In this document: positions 36,369 through 45,153 of the stretch, piece by piece
How positions within the stretch are numbered: the stretch's first letter is position 1
Layout: each line of letters opens with the position of its first letter
NCBI GenBank assembly: GCA_027491915.1
Contig: JAOZGC010000002.1
Location: 224,001 to 288,000 of the forward strand
Source of the DNA: Thermoproteota archaeon
GTDB lineage: Archaea; Korarchaeota; Korarchaeia; Korarchaeales; Korarchaeaceae
Reading direction: 5' to 3'
DNA: 64,000 nt
Made by a program: the position numbers and the translations under genes
Notes under the pieces: model-generated
Seen by the model: the letters and a program-made list of their open reading frames with translations, nothing else
Databases searched by the model: none
Told to the model about the DNA's origin: nothing

Positions 36369-37709
36369 GTGGTCGAGGTGCGTCCCTTGGATCCGAGGGA
36401 GTCTTACGACAGAGTTTTTGAGCTCCTCCGGGAGCACCACTCTTGGTTTGACTCCTCTATTCCCCTGATAGCCAGCGAGAACGTCACCAGCCCGGCGGTC
36501 AGGGAGGCCCTGATAAGCGACTTCGAGCACAGGTACGCCGAGGGATGGGTCGGCGAGAGGGTCTACGCAGGGTGCAGGTACATAGACGAGGTGGAGAGGG
36601 TGGCGATGGACCTCGCCAAGGATCTCTTCAGGGCGGACCACGCTGACGTCAGGCCGATAAGCGGCGTGGTTGCCAACCTCGCCGTCTACACCGCCTTCAC
36701 CAAACCTGGGGACGTCATGATGGCCCTCCCCATCACGAAGGGAGGTCACATAAGCGCCGGCCCCCTCTACGGCAGCAAGGGAAACAGGATAGGGGGGACC
36801 GCCGGGGCGGTCCACGGCCTCGACGTCAAGTACATGGCGTTCGACGACGAGGAGTTCAACATAGACGTGGACAGGACCCTCAAGAGGATGGAGAAGTATC
36901 GCCCGAAGCTCCTGATGTTTGGGGCCTCCGAGATACTGTTCCCACAGCCTGTGAGGGAGATAGCCGACGAGGCGCACGCCATGGGCGCGGTGGTCAACTA
37001 CGACGCGGCCCACGTGGCGGGCCTCATAGCCGCGGGGAGGTTCCAGGATCCCCTCAGGGAGGGGGCCGACACCATGACGGCCAGCACTCACAAGACGCTC
37101 CCGGGTCCGCAGCACGGCATGGTGCTGACCAACGACGGGGAGAAGTTCGAGCTGATAAAGCAGGCCTGCTTTCCCGGCCTCCTGAGCAACCACCACCCCA
37201 ACGCGGTGGCGGCCCTGGCCGTTGCCCTGGCGGAGCTGAAGGCCTTCGGCAGGGATTACGCCGATCAGATAATCAGGAACGCCAAGGCCCTGGCTGAAGC
37301 CCTGTACAACGCTGGATTTAAGGTCCTCGGAGAGAGGAGGGGTTTCACCGAGTCTCACCAGGTGATCTTCGACGTGGCCGACATCGGGGGAGGAATGTGG
37401 GCCGAGAAGGCGCTGGAGGAGGCCAACATAATAGTGAACAGGAACCTGCTCCCCTACGACATAAAGAGGGGGAGGCACTTCCGGGATCCGGGCGGGATAA
37501 GGCTGGGAACCCTGGAGGTCACCAGGCTTGGGATGAGGGAATCTGAGATGGAGGAGATAGCCTCTTTCTTCAAGAGGGTTCTCTTGGACAGGGAAGAGCC
37601 CTCAAGGGTCGCCGCCGACGTTCGGGAATTCAGGAGGAGGTTCAGACACGTCCACTACTGCTTCGACTGTCCTGCCGAGGCCTACGCCTACAGGAGACTC
37701 AGAGGGTAA
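36369..37709 (+). CDS. glyA: Serine hydroxymethyltransferase (archaeal type)
   Basis: LIASEN, RYAEG, GGHIS, YDAAH, STHKTLPGPQ. Confidence 0.96.
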   Translation: MVEVRPLDPRESYDRVFELLREHHSWFDSSIPLIASENVTSPAVREALISDFEHRYAEGWVGERVYAGCRYIDEVERVAMDLAKDLFRADHADVRPISGVVANLAVYTAFTKPGDVMMALPITKGGHISAGPLYGSKGNRIGGTAGAVHGLDVKYMAFDDEEFNIDVDRTLKRMEKYRPKLLMFGASEILFPQPVREIADEAHAMGAVVNYDAAHVAGLIAAGRFQDPLREGADTMTASTHKTLPGPQHGMVLTNDGEKFELIKQACFPGLLSNHHPNAVAALAVALAELKAFGRDYADQIIRNAKALAEALYNAGFKVLGERRGFTESHQVIFDVADIGGGMWAEKALEEANIIVNRNLLPYDIKRGRHFRDPGGIRLGTLEVTRLGMRESEMEEIASFFKRVLLDREEPSRVAADVREFRRRFRHVHYCFDCPAEAYAYRRLRG

Positions 37710-37714
37710 CTGCG

Positions 37715-38533
37715 ATGGGCGCGAGGAGGAGGGACCTCCTGAGGCTGACGGGCGCGCTGGTCTTGGCGTCGGGCGCTGGGGGCGCGCTGGAGGTCTTCAG
37801 GGAGGTGGACTCTCCCGTCGTGGAGATCGTGAGGCTCCCTCCTCCCTCGCCCCACCTGGAGGGCGAGAGGATCCTGCTCATCTCAGACGTCCACTCCAAG
37901 GGGTGGGGACCTAGGGAGGCCTTCGCGCTGGCGGCGGCCGCCGCGGCGCGGCCAAGCCTGATAGCCCTGACCGGCGACCTGATAGACTCCGGTGGGGAGG
38001 GAATCGAGGCGGCCCTGAGGCTGGTCGAGGGCCTCTCTTCGATTGCCCCCACCTTCTTCGTGCCGGGGAACTGGGACTACTGGGCCCTGGGGAGGGGCGG
38101 TCCCCCGCCCGAGGAGTGGTTTGGGGAAATCTCCTCCGCCGGGGCAATGGTCCTCAGGAATGATTCGGTGGAGCTCCCGGGAGGGGGTTCCCTCGTGGGG
38201 CTCGACGACCCGCACACCTGGAGGCACGACGTCCCGGCCGCCTTCTCCGGTGTTGAGGGGCGACCCCTGGTTTTGGCCCACTCGCCCGAGGCCTTCGAGG
38301 AGGCGGCGCGCGCGGGGGCCGGCGCGATCCTGGCAGGGCACACGCACGGAGGGCAGGTCAGACTCCCCCTGATCCCGCCGATATGGATCCCGGCCAGGAC
38401 CGGCGCCAAGTACGTGTCGGGACTCTACGAGGTTGGGGGGTCGGTCGCGTACGTCAGCAGGGGTCTCGGGTGGTCCGGTCTCCCGGTCAGGTTCATGTGT
38501 CCCCCGGAGGTCACCCTCCTGATCCTCGACTGA
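37715..38533 (+). CDS. Calcineurin-like metallophosphoesterase with Tat-like signal
   Basis: RRRDLL; SDVH, TGD, GNWD, AHSP, GHTHGGQ, SRGLG. Confidence 0.9.
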   Translation: MGARRRDLLRLTGALVLASGAGGALEVFREVDSPVVEIVRLPPPSPHLEGERILLISDVHSKGWGPREAFALAAAAAARPSLIALTGDLIDSGGEGIEAALRLVEGLSSIAPTFFVPGNWDYWALGRGGPPPEEWFGEISSAGAMVLRNDSVELPGGGSLVGLDDPHTWRHDVPAAFSGVEGRPLVLAHSPEAFEEAARAGAGAILAGHTHGGQVRLPLIPPIWIPARTGAKYVSGLYEVGGSVAYVSRGLGWSGLPVRFMCPPEVTLLILD

Positions 38534-38534
38534 C

Positions 38535-38756
38535 CTATCGATCACCCTCTCGCCCGCCCCGAGGGGAATTTTCCCCTCCCCCTCCCAGCTCACTGGGATC
38601 GACCTCTATCTCTCCGTAGACGGGGCCCCTGTAACCACAATCCGGGCAGAACCAGACCTCCGGGGTGAGCCAGCCGGAGAAGACGCTCGCCCTCTCCAGT
38701 CTTCTGCTCCCGCAGACGGGGCAGATCCTCATCTTCATCTTCACCTTCTTACCCAT
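38535..38756 (-). CDS. Small CPxCG zinc-finger protein
   Basis: CPVCGS...SGWLTP..WFCPDCGYRGP. Confidence 0.75.
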   Translation of the reverse strand: MGKKVKMKMRICPVCGSRRLERASVFSGWLTPEVWFCPDCGYRGPVYGEIEVDPSELGGGGENSPRGGREGDR

Positions 38757-38813
38757 CCCCTTCCTGGACCCCGGGCGGCAAAGTTATTTTTCGCTTGCCC
38801 TCCGGCGGGCCCG

Positions 38814-40205
38814 ATGTCGGAAGGAGGCCTCGACTTGGATTGGCTCCTCTCCTTCGCCTCCGACCTGGATCCGGAGTTCGTTGAGGTCAGGTACGGGTCT
38901 GAGGAGAGTTTCTCCCTGGCGCTCATGGACGGGACCGTCAGGGAGATGTCTAAGGGGATCTCCATGGGGGTCGGGGTGAGGGCCTTCTACCGTGGGGCTT
39001 GGGGCTTCTCCTCGACCCAGGACCTCTCCAGGGACTCCCTGAAGACGGCTGCCGTGGAGGCGGTGGATCTGGCCAAGAGGTCTTCCGCCTCCAGGAAGAC
39101 CAGGTTCAGCGTAGGGGGGAGACCCTTCTCCGGCGAGTGGCTCTCCCCAGTAGGCAGGGATCCCAGAGACGTGAGCCCAGAGGAGAAGGTCTCGCTGGTC
39201 AGAGAAGCCGAATCGGCCGCCAGATCCCTGGGGGAGAGAGTCAAGAACGTGAACGTTATGTACGCCGACTCCAGGGTTGTGGAGCTGACCCTGAACAGCC
39301 TGGGGACGGAGGTCCGACAGGAGATTTTCAGGACCAGGGCCGCCGTCCAGGTGTTCGCCCACGAGGCCGGCGTCACCGAGAGGGCCTACGAGTCGCTCGG
39401 CGGGGTGGGCGGGGTTGACCTTGTTTCGGACCTGCCCTCCTCGGGAGAGGAGGCCGCCAGGAGGGCGATCGACCTCCTTGGGGCAAAACCGGCCCCGGCC
39501 GGACCTTACCGCGCCGTGCTCGACGGCAAGCTCGCCGGCCTCTTCATACACGAGGCCTTCGGTCACGCGACGGAGGCAGACTCGGTCCTGGAGAGGATGA
39601 GCGTCCTGGAAGGGAGGGTCGGTACCAGCGTGGGCTCCCCGGAGGTCAACGTGCTGGACGATCCGACGATACCGGGGCTCTACGGATCCTACGCCTACGA
39701 CTCCGAGGGGACTCCGGCCAGGAGGAAGTACCTCGTCAGGGAGGGAGTCCTGGTCGGTTTCCTCCACAACCTCGAGACCTCGTCCAGGATGGGGGAGGAG
39801 CCGAGCGGCAACGGGCGCGCCCAGGGTTACGGTTCCCCTCCCCAGGTGAGGATGAGCAACACGTTCATAGAGGCCGGCGATTGGAGCCTGGAGGAGATGA
39901 TATCAGAGATGAGGGAGGGAATATACGCCAAGGGCGGTCTCTACGGTTACACCGAGCCGGCCAAGGGACAGTTCATGTTCAAGGCGGAGGAAGGGTGGTG
40001 GGTTGAGGGGGGAGAGCTGAGAGAGAGGCTAAGGGAGGTGGCCATAGCCGGAATGACCCTGGACGTCCTCCACGGAGTGGACGCGGTCGGGAGGGACCTT
40101 AGCCACGATCCGGGCATGTGCGGGAAGAACGGCCAGTGGGTCCCCGTCACGACCGGCGCCCCGCACATACGCGTGGAGAGGGTGGTCTTCGGGGGGTTGA
40201 GGTGA
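38814..40205 (+). CDS. tldD: TldD metalloprotease
   Basis: HEAFGHATE, YDSEG, GNGRA, RMSN, CGK.GQ. Confidence 0.93.
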   Translation: MSEGGLDLDWLLSFASDLDPEFVEVRYGSEESFSLALMDGTVREMSKGISMGVGVRAFYRGAWGFSSTQDLSRDSLKTAAVEAVDLAKRSSASRKTRFSVGGRPFSGEWLSPVGRDPRDVSPEEKVSLVREAESAARSLGERVKNVNVMYADSRVVELTLNSLGTEVRQEIFRTRAAVQVFAHEAGVTERAYESLGGVGGVDLVSDLPSSGEEAARRAIDLLGAKPAPAGPYRAVLDGKLAGLFIHEAFGHATEADSVLERMSVLEGRVGTSVGSPEVNVLDDPTIPGLYGSYAYDSEGTPARRKYLVREGVLVGFLHNLETSSRMGEEPSGNGRAQGYGSPPQVRMSNTFIEAGDWSLEEMISEMREGIYAKGGLYGYTEPAKGQFMFKAEEGWWVEGGELRERLREVAIAGMTLDVLHGVDAVGRDLSHDPGMCGKNGQWVPVTTGAPHIRVERVVFGGLR

Positions 40206-40206
40206 C

Positions 40207-41544
40207 ATGGACGCGGGGCTCCTTTCTCTGGGAGAGGAGATGGTGGGAAGGGCCCTGTCGGAGGGGGCAGATTCCGCCGAGGCCTTCCTCGTCCGCTCCA
40301 GGATCGTCAGCGTTGAGGTCAAGGGAGGGGAGATAAAGGCGGCATCGTCCAGAGTGAGGGAGGAGGTCGGAATAAGGGCCGTCTCCGGTGGGAAGCTGGG
40401 CTTCGCCCACGCGTCCGGCTCTTCCAACGCCCTCAGGATCGTCAAGGCCGCGATCGAGAACATGGCCGCAAGCCCGCCGGATCCGAACCTCAGGGGGCTG
40501 CCGGCGGGCCGGAGGCCCACGGACGTCGCCGGCCTCTACGACCCGAAGCTGGCCGACCTACCCGTCTCGGACGCTGTGGAGCTGATGACGTCGGCGGTCG
40601 AGTCCGCCTCGGTGGGACCCAAGATAAGGTCCATCTCCGGAGAGCTGTCGGCCTCCAGGATGGAGGTCGCAGTCGTCAACTCCGAGGGGGTCTCGGCCTC
40701 GGAGGAGAGGACCTCCTCCTACCTGGAGGTTTACGTCGCGGCCTCCGACGGGACCGAGTCCAGCACCGGATATGAGTTCAACGAGGGGAGGAGGCTGGAC
40801 GAGATAGATCCCGAGTGGGTCGGCTCGAAGTCGGCCGAGCTGGCCCTGGCCTCCCTCTCTCAGGTGCGGCCCGAGACCGGCGACTACCCAGTGGTGATCG
40901 ACCCGACCGCGGCTCCGATGTTCCTCGGCTTCATGGTCTCCTCCGCTGCCAACGCGGAGAACGTCCAGTACGGGCGGAGCTTCCTCTGCGGGAAGCTAGG
41001 CGAGAGGATAGGTAGGGAAGGATTGAGTTTGATCGACGACGGGACCTTGGAGGGGGGGCTGAAGAGCGCCGGCTTCGACGATGAGGGTGTCCCAACCAGG
41101 AGGACGGAGGTGATAAGGGACGGCGTCCTCTCAAGCTACATACACAATCACTACACGGCCTCCAAGGAGGGGATCGAGAGCACGGGGAACGCCGTCAGGT
41201 CCCCCAGCAGCCTGCCCCGGGTGGGATCCCACAACGTGATATTCGAGGCTTCCCAGAACTTGAGGTTCGGGGAAGACGAATTGTTGGATCTGGACCGGGG
41301 AATCTACCTCAAGTTCACGGGAGACGTTCCGAACCTGGCCAACGGGGAGTTCAGCGGGCTCATACAGCTGGGATTCCTCATAGAGAGGGGAGAGATAACC
41401 AGGGGCCTCAAGGAGGCCAACTTCGGTCTGTCCTTGCTGGACCTCTTGAGGAACGTGGACGCTGTCGGTCGAGAGCCCAGGAGCGTCATGGGAACGGTAT
41501 CCCCGAGTTTCAGGGTCAGGTCTGTTCGCGTGGCGGGCGGCTAG
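40207..41544 (+). CDS. pmbA: PmbA/TldE
   Basis: FDDEGVP, STGNA, GEFSG; paired with tldD, lacks HExxH. Confidence 0.9.
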   Translation: MDAGLLSLGEEMVGRALSEGADSAEAFLVRSRIVSVEVKGGEIKAASSRVREEVGIRAVSGGKLGFAHASGSSNALRIVKAAIENMAASPPDPNLRGLPAGRRPTDVAGLYDPKLADLPVSDAVELMTSAVESASVGPKIRSISGELSASRMEVAVVNSEGVSASEERTSSYLEVYVAASDGTESSTGYEFNEGRRLDEIDPEWVGSKSAELALASLSQVRPETGDYPVVIDPTAAPMFLGFMVSSAANAENVQYGRSFLCGKLGERIGREGLSLIDDGTLEGGLKSAGFDDEGVPTRRTEVIRDGVLSSYIHNHYTASKEGIESTGNAVRSPSSLPRVGSHNVIFEASQNLRFGEDELLDLDRGIYLKFTGDVPNLANGEFSGLIQLGFLIERGEITRGLKEANFGLSLLDLLRNVDAVGREPRSVMGTVSPSFRVRSVRVAGG

Positions 41545-41586
41545 CCGCCCGTGGTAACAAATTTATAGGCGGGCGCCGGATATAAC

Positions 41587-41820
41587 ATGTGTGATACCAT
41601 GCTCCTCGGTTCCCACTTCCGGATGCTGAGACAGGTCGCCGAGAGGGGAGAGCGGGGTATGCCAGCCAGCGAGCTGGTCCCGAAGAGGGAGTACAGGGAT
41701 TTCGTCATAGAATATCTATCCAAGGAGGGACTCATACAGGTCAGGCGCCAGGGGGCTGGCGGGAGGGTCTACATAACCGAGAAGGGGCTGAGGCTCCTGA
41801 GGGATCAGGACATGTCCTGA
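41587..41820 (+). CDS. Small winged-helix DNA-binding protein
   Basis: IEYLSKEGLI...YITEKG wing motif; TTTATA upstream. Confidence 0.65.
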   Translation: MCDTMLLGSHFRMLRQVAERGERGMPASELVPKREYRDFVIEYLSKEGLIQVRRQGAGGRVYITEKGLRLLRDQDMS

Positions 41821-41824
41821 TCCC
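41801..41824. repeat. Perfect 24-bp palindrome at a convergent gene overlap
   Basis: GGGATCAGGACATGTCCTGATCCC. Confidence 0.9.
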
Positions 41825-42281
41825 GGGCCTCCCCTCCTGCCCCCAGCTTGACCTTCTCCAGAACCCTTATCTCCTCTATCTCCGTGTGCGGGTACTGGCC
41901 GGCTTCGTCCTTCTCGTACTTCTTCAACATGTCCCACACGTTCAGGAGGGCGACCGCGACCCCGGTCAGGGCCTCCATCTCCACTCCAGTCTTGGCCACG
42001 GCGCTGACCTCAACCTCCGCCACGACCCCGTCTTCCTCCACCCTGAGGTCGACTGACACGTGGGTTATCGGGATCGGGTGGCAGAGGGGGACTATTTCTG
42101 GCGTCCTCTTCACGGCCAGTATGGCCGCGGTGCGGGCCACTGAGAAGACGTCTCCCTTCTCCACCCTCCCGGATCTCAACCTCTCGACGGACTCCGCCCC
42201 TAGCCTTATCTTGCCGACCGCCCGGGCGGACCTAAACACCTCCGGCTTGCCGCCGACGTCGACCATCCTCACCTCTCCCAA
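41805..42281 (-). CDS. moaC: Cyclic pyranopterin monophosphate synthase MoaC
   Basis: MVDV, KGDV, PLCHPI, TGVEMEAL, WDMLKKYEK (start TTG 42281 or ATG 42266). Confidence 0.95.
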   Translation of the reverse strand: MGEVRMVDVGGKPEVFRSARAVGKIRLGAESVERLRSGRVEKGDVFSVARTAAILAVKRTPEIVPLCHPIPITHVSVDLRVEEDGVVAEVEVSAVAKTGVEMEALTGVAVALLNVWDMLKKYEKDEAGQYPHTEIEEIRVLEKVKLGAGGEARDQDMS

Positions 42282-42285
42282 CCCC

Positions 42286-43230
42286 TCACACCTCCGCTGG
42301 CCCTCCAACGATCCACCCAAAATAGGGTATCCTCAGAGAGACGGCCCTGATGAAGGCCGCCGCCAGCACGTCGTCCGACGCCCCCTCTCTCATCATGGAT
42401 AGGAAGTCTACGTAGCCGTCGTCCCTGAAGAGGCACGGCTTGAACCTCCCGTCGTGGGTTATCCTGATCCTGGTGCAGTGAAAGCAGAAGTCGGAGTTTC
42501 CCATCGGACCCACCACCTCCACCCTCACCCCGCCCACGTCATACACAGGCCTGTTGTGCATCCCCTCCCTCCTGTAGATCAGCCTCCCCTGGAGATCCAA
42601 TTCCGAGGTTATATCCTCCAGGCCCACGCCGTACCTCCTGACCAAGTCGGAATTCGGGTCGGGATCCTCCAACTGAATCAACTGGACGATCGCACCCACT
42701 TTGCGGGCGAAATCTATCAGATCGTCTATTTCATCATCGTTTATACCTCTAAGGACGACCCTGTTTATCTTCACCTGTCTGAAGCCCGCCCTCGAGGCCT
42801 CCCTTATCCCCGCCAACACCCTGTCCAGGGCGTCCACCCCGGTGATTAGCCTGAACCTCTCCCTCCTGAGGGAGGGGAGAGACACATTTATCCTGTCCAG
42901 GCCGGCGTCCGCCAGCCTCCCAACCCTGCCGACGAGGAGGGATCCATTGGTCACCAGGCTCAGATCCCTCACAGAGTTGATCGACGCCACCTCTCGGATG
43001 ATCTCCTCAAGATCCGGCCTGAGGGTTGGTTCCCCCCCCGTGAACTTGACGGCCGACACCCCGAATCTGCCCATGACTTCGACGATCCTCCTGATCTCCC
43101 CGGGGGTCATAAGCCCCGGATCCCTTGGAGAGTACCCTTCCCTGTGGCAGTAGAAACACGAGAAGTTGCAGGCCGGCGTGAGGGAGATCCTGACGTTGGT
43201 CACCGCCCTGTCGAAGGCGTCCCTGAGCAT
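42286..43230 (-). CDS. moaA: GTP 3',8-cyclase MoaA
   Basis: CNFSCFYCH, TGGEP, FCFHCTRIR...KPCL. Confidence 0.95.
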   Translation of the reverse strand: MLRDAFDRAVTNVRISLTPACNFSCFYCHREGYSPRDPGLMTPGEIRRIVEVMGRFGVSAVKFTGGEPTLRPDLEEIIREVASINSVRDLSLVTNGSLLVGRVGRLADAGLDRINVSLPSLRRERFRLITGVDALDRVLAGIREASRAGFRQVKINRVVLRGINDDEIDDLIDFARKVGAIVQLIQLEDPDPNSDLVRRYGVGLEDITSELDLQGRLIYRREGMHNRPVYDVGGVRVEVVGPMGNSDFCFHCTRIRITHDGRFKPCLFRDDGYVDFLSMMREGASDDVLAAAFIRAVSLRIPYFGWIVGGPAEV

Positions 43231-43264
43231 CTTCGACCCTCCGTCCTCCGCCGCCGTCTAGAGC

Positions 43265-43288
43265 CGATATACTCAATTGAGTATATCG
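43265..43288. promoter_or_regulatory. ModE-like operator (perfect 24-bp palindrome) upstream of moaA
   Basis: CGATATACTCAATTGAGTATATCG immediately downstream of minus-strand TATA TTTATATC (43293-43300). Confidence 0.7.
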
Positions 43289-43346
43289 ATTTGATATAAA
43301 GAATTGCCGCCCGACCGGGCCTGCCCCCTGCCCTCCACCCACCTAC

Positions 43347-44045
43347 CTACTCCGCTCCCTTCCCCTCCTCAACCTCCCCGGAAACCCATCTCCCCTCGCC
43401 GGAGGGGGAGATCTCCTTCTTCCATATGGGCACCCTTTCCTTTATCCTGTCTACGATCCACCTCAGGGCATCGAAGGCCTCTCCCCTGTGTTCCGAGGCC
43501 ACCCCGACTATCATGACCTCATCGCCGGGTCTCAGGATCCCTACCCTGTGGTGGGCCTCAGCGGCCATCAGCCCCCACCTCTCCTCGGCCTCGGAGACTA
43601 TATCCTCCATCTCACGCACCGCCATCTCACCGTAGGACTCGTATAACATCTCTCTAACTTGAAAATCGCCGGAGTGCTCCCTGACCCTACCGACAAACAG
43701 CGCTATAGCCCCTACATCCCTGGACGAGGATCCCAGGCTGATCGCGACGTCTTCCAGGCGAGGGATTTCCTCCCCGACGCTCACCCTGCCCCCACCGGCC
43801 ACGGGCGGGAAGAAGGCCACCTCGTCGCCGTCGGTCAGCTCCTCTTCCCAGCCGCAGAATCTCCCGTTTCTGGCGGCCAAGATCCTAATTTTTCCGGCAG
43901 AAGAGATCTCTTTGAGATTAGGATGCCTGTCGGCGAGAGCCGAGAACAGATCGCCGACCGTCGCCCCCTCCCCTATCTCCAGGACCTCCTCTCCCACGCC
44001 AGAGAGCTCCCTCACCGTGGCGAACATCCTGACTGTAACCCTCAA
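43347..44045 (-). CDS. moaE: MoaD-MoaE fusion (molybdopterin synthase)
   Basis: VRMFATVRE...DEVAFFPPVAGG followed in frame by GAIALFVGRVR...HRVG...PIWKKE. Confidence 0.9.
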   Translation of the reverse strand: MRVTVRMFATVRELSGVGEEVLEIGEGATVGDLFSALADRHPNLKEISSAGKIRILAARNGRFCGWEEELTDGDEVAFFPPVAGGGRVSVGEEIPRLEDVAISLGSSSRDVGAIALFVGRVREHSGDFQVREMLYESYGEMAVREMEDIVSEAEERWGLMAAEAHHRVGILRPGDEVMIVGVASEHRGEAFDALRWIVDRIKERVPIWKKEISPSGEGRWVSGEVEEGKGAE

Positions 44046-44132
44046 TTCTGGGCCCGGTTCACCCGGGACGGGTGGGCCCCTAATAAGGTGCCGCGGCCCC
44101 GCGCGGCGGTGTCCGCGACGCGCCTGAGGCCC

Positions 44133-45062
44133 ATGGAGTCCGAGATAATTAGGGCCGTGGAGTCCATTCCCAGGGGGAGGGTCACCACCTACAGGGAGAT
44201 AGCCGCGGCCCTTGGGGATCCGAGGGCATCCAGGGCGGTGGCCGAGATCGTCAGGAGGCTGGGCCCAGCCCTGGGGATCCCCTGGCACAGGGTCGTCGGG
44301 AGGGACGGCCGGGTGGCCGACCGGCGGGCGGCCGTCGAGCTGTCCGGTGAGGGGGTCCCGGTCGAGGGGGGTTTCGTCCCCCTATCTGACAGGGTGATCG
44401 GCGCGGACGAGTTGGGGGTGATCCCCATCCTGTCTCGGATGAGGAGGGTCCAAGAGAGGATGGCCGAGGAGATATCTCTTGAGGACGGTTTCTCCGAGGT
44501 AGATCTGGCGGCGGGGGTGGACGTGTCCTACGCCTGGGTAGAAGACGGCGGGGTTCCTAGGGAGGTCGCCAGGGCGGCCTGCGTCGTGTTAAACAGGGAG
44601 ATGAGGGTCGTGGACGGCGGGACCCTGGAGGGGGAGCCCCCCATGCCCTACGTGCCGACCTACCTCGGGTTCCGGGAGGTGCCTCTCCTGGCCCCCCTGG
44701 CCAGGAAATTCGACTTCGACGTGCTCATAGCGGACGGCCACGGCCTGGCCCATCCCCGCATGATGGGTGAGGCGTCCCACCTGGGGCTCGTCCTGGGGAG
44801 GCCAACCCTTGGGGCCGCCAAGCGCAGGCTCGTGGGGTGGGTGAGGGGCGACGAGCTGGTCTACCTCGGCAGGGTCGTCGGGTGGGTCCTGCTCCCGCCC
44901 GGCGGGAAGAGGCCGATATACGCATCCCCCGGACACCTAATCTCCATGGAATCCACCCGAGAGGTGGTATACTCCTTCAGGGGGAGGCACAGGATACCGG
45001 AGCCCGTGAGGCTGGCACACAGGCTGTCCAGGTTCGGTCCATCCGGCCGCCGGAGCTCTTAG
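44133..45062 (+). CDS. nfi: Alkyltransferase-like (ATL) domain fused to endonuclease V
   Basis: IPRGRVTTY..IA...RAV...IPWHRVV, then GVDVSY, YVPTYLGFRE, DGHGLAHPR, PIYASPGH, RIPEP. Confidence 0.9.
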   Translation: MESEIIRAVESIPRGRVTTYREIAAALGDPRASRAVAEIVRRLGPALGIPWHRVVGRDGRVADRRAAVELSGEGVPVEGGFVPLSDRVIGADELGVIPILSRMRRVQERMAEEISLEDGFSEVDLAAGVDVSYAWVEDGGVPREVARAACVVLNREMRVVDGGTLEGEPPMPYVPTYLGFREVPLLAPLARKFDFDVLIADGHGLAHPRMMGEASHLGLVLGRPTLGAAKRRLVGWVRGDELVYLGRVVGWVLLPPGGKRPIYASPGHLISMESTREVVYSFRGRHRIPEPVRLAHRLSRFGPSGRRSS

Positions 45063-45153
45063 ACCTTCCCTCTGATGCACGCCTGTAGACGGCTTCACCC
45101 CTCCCGCGCTTGATTTTTACGGTTGGCGGCCCGGACCGATCGGGTGCCCGCCC

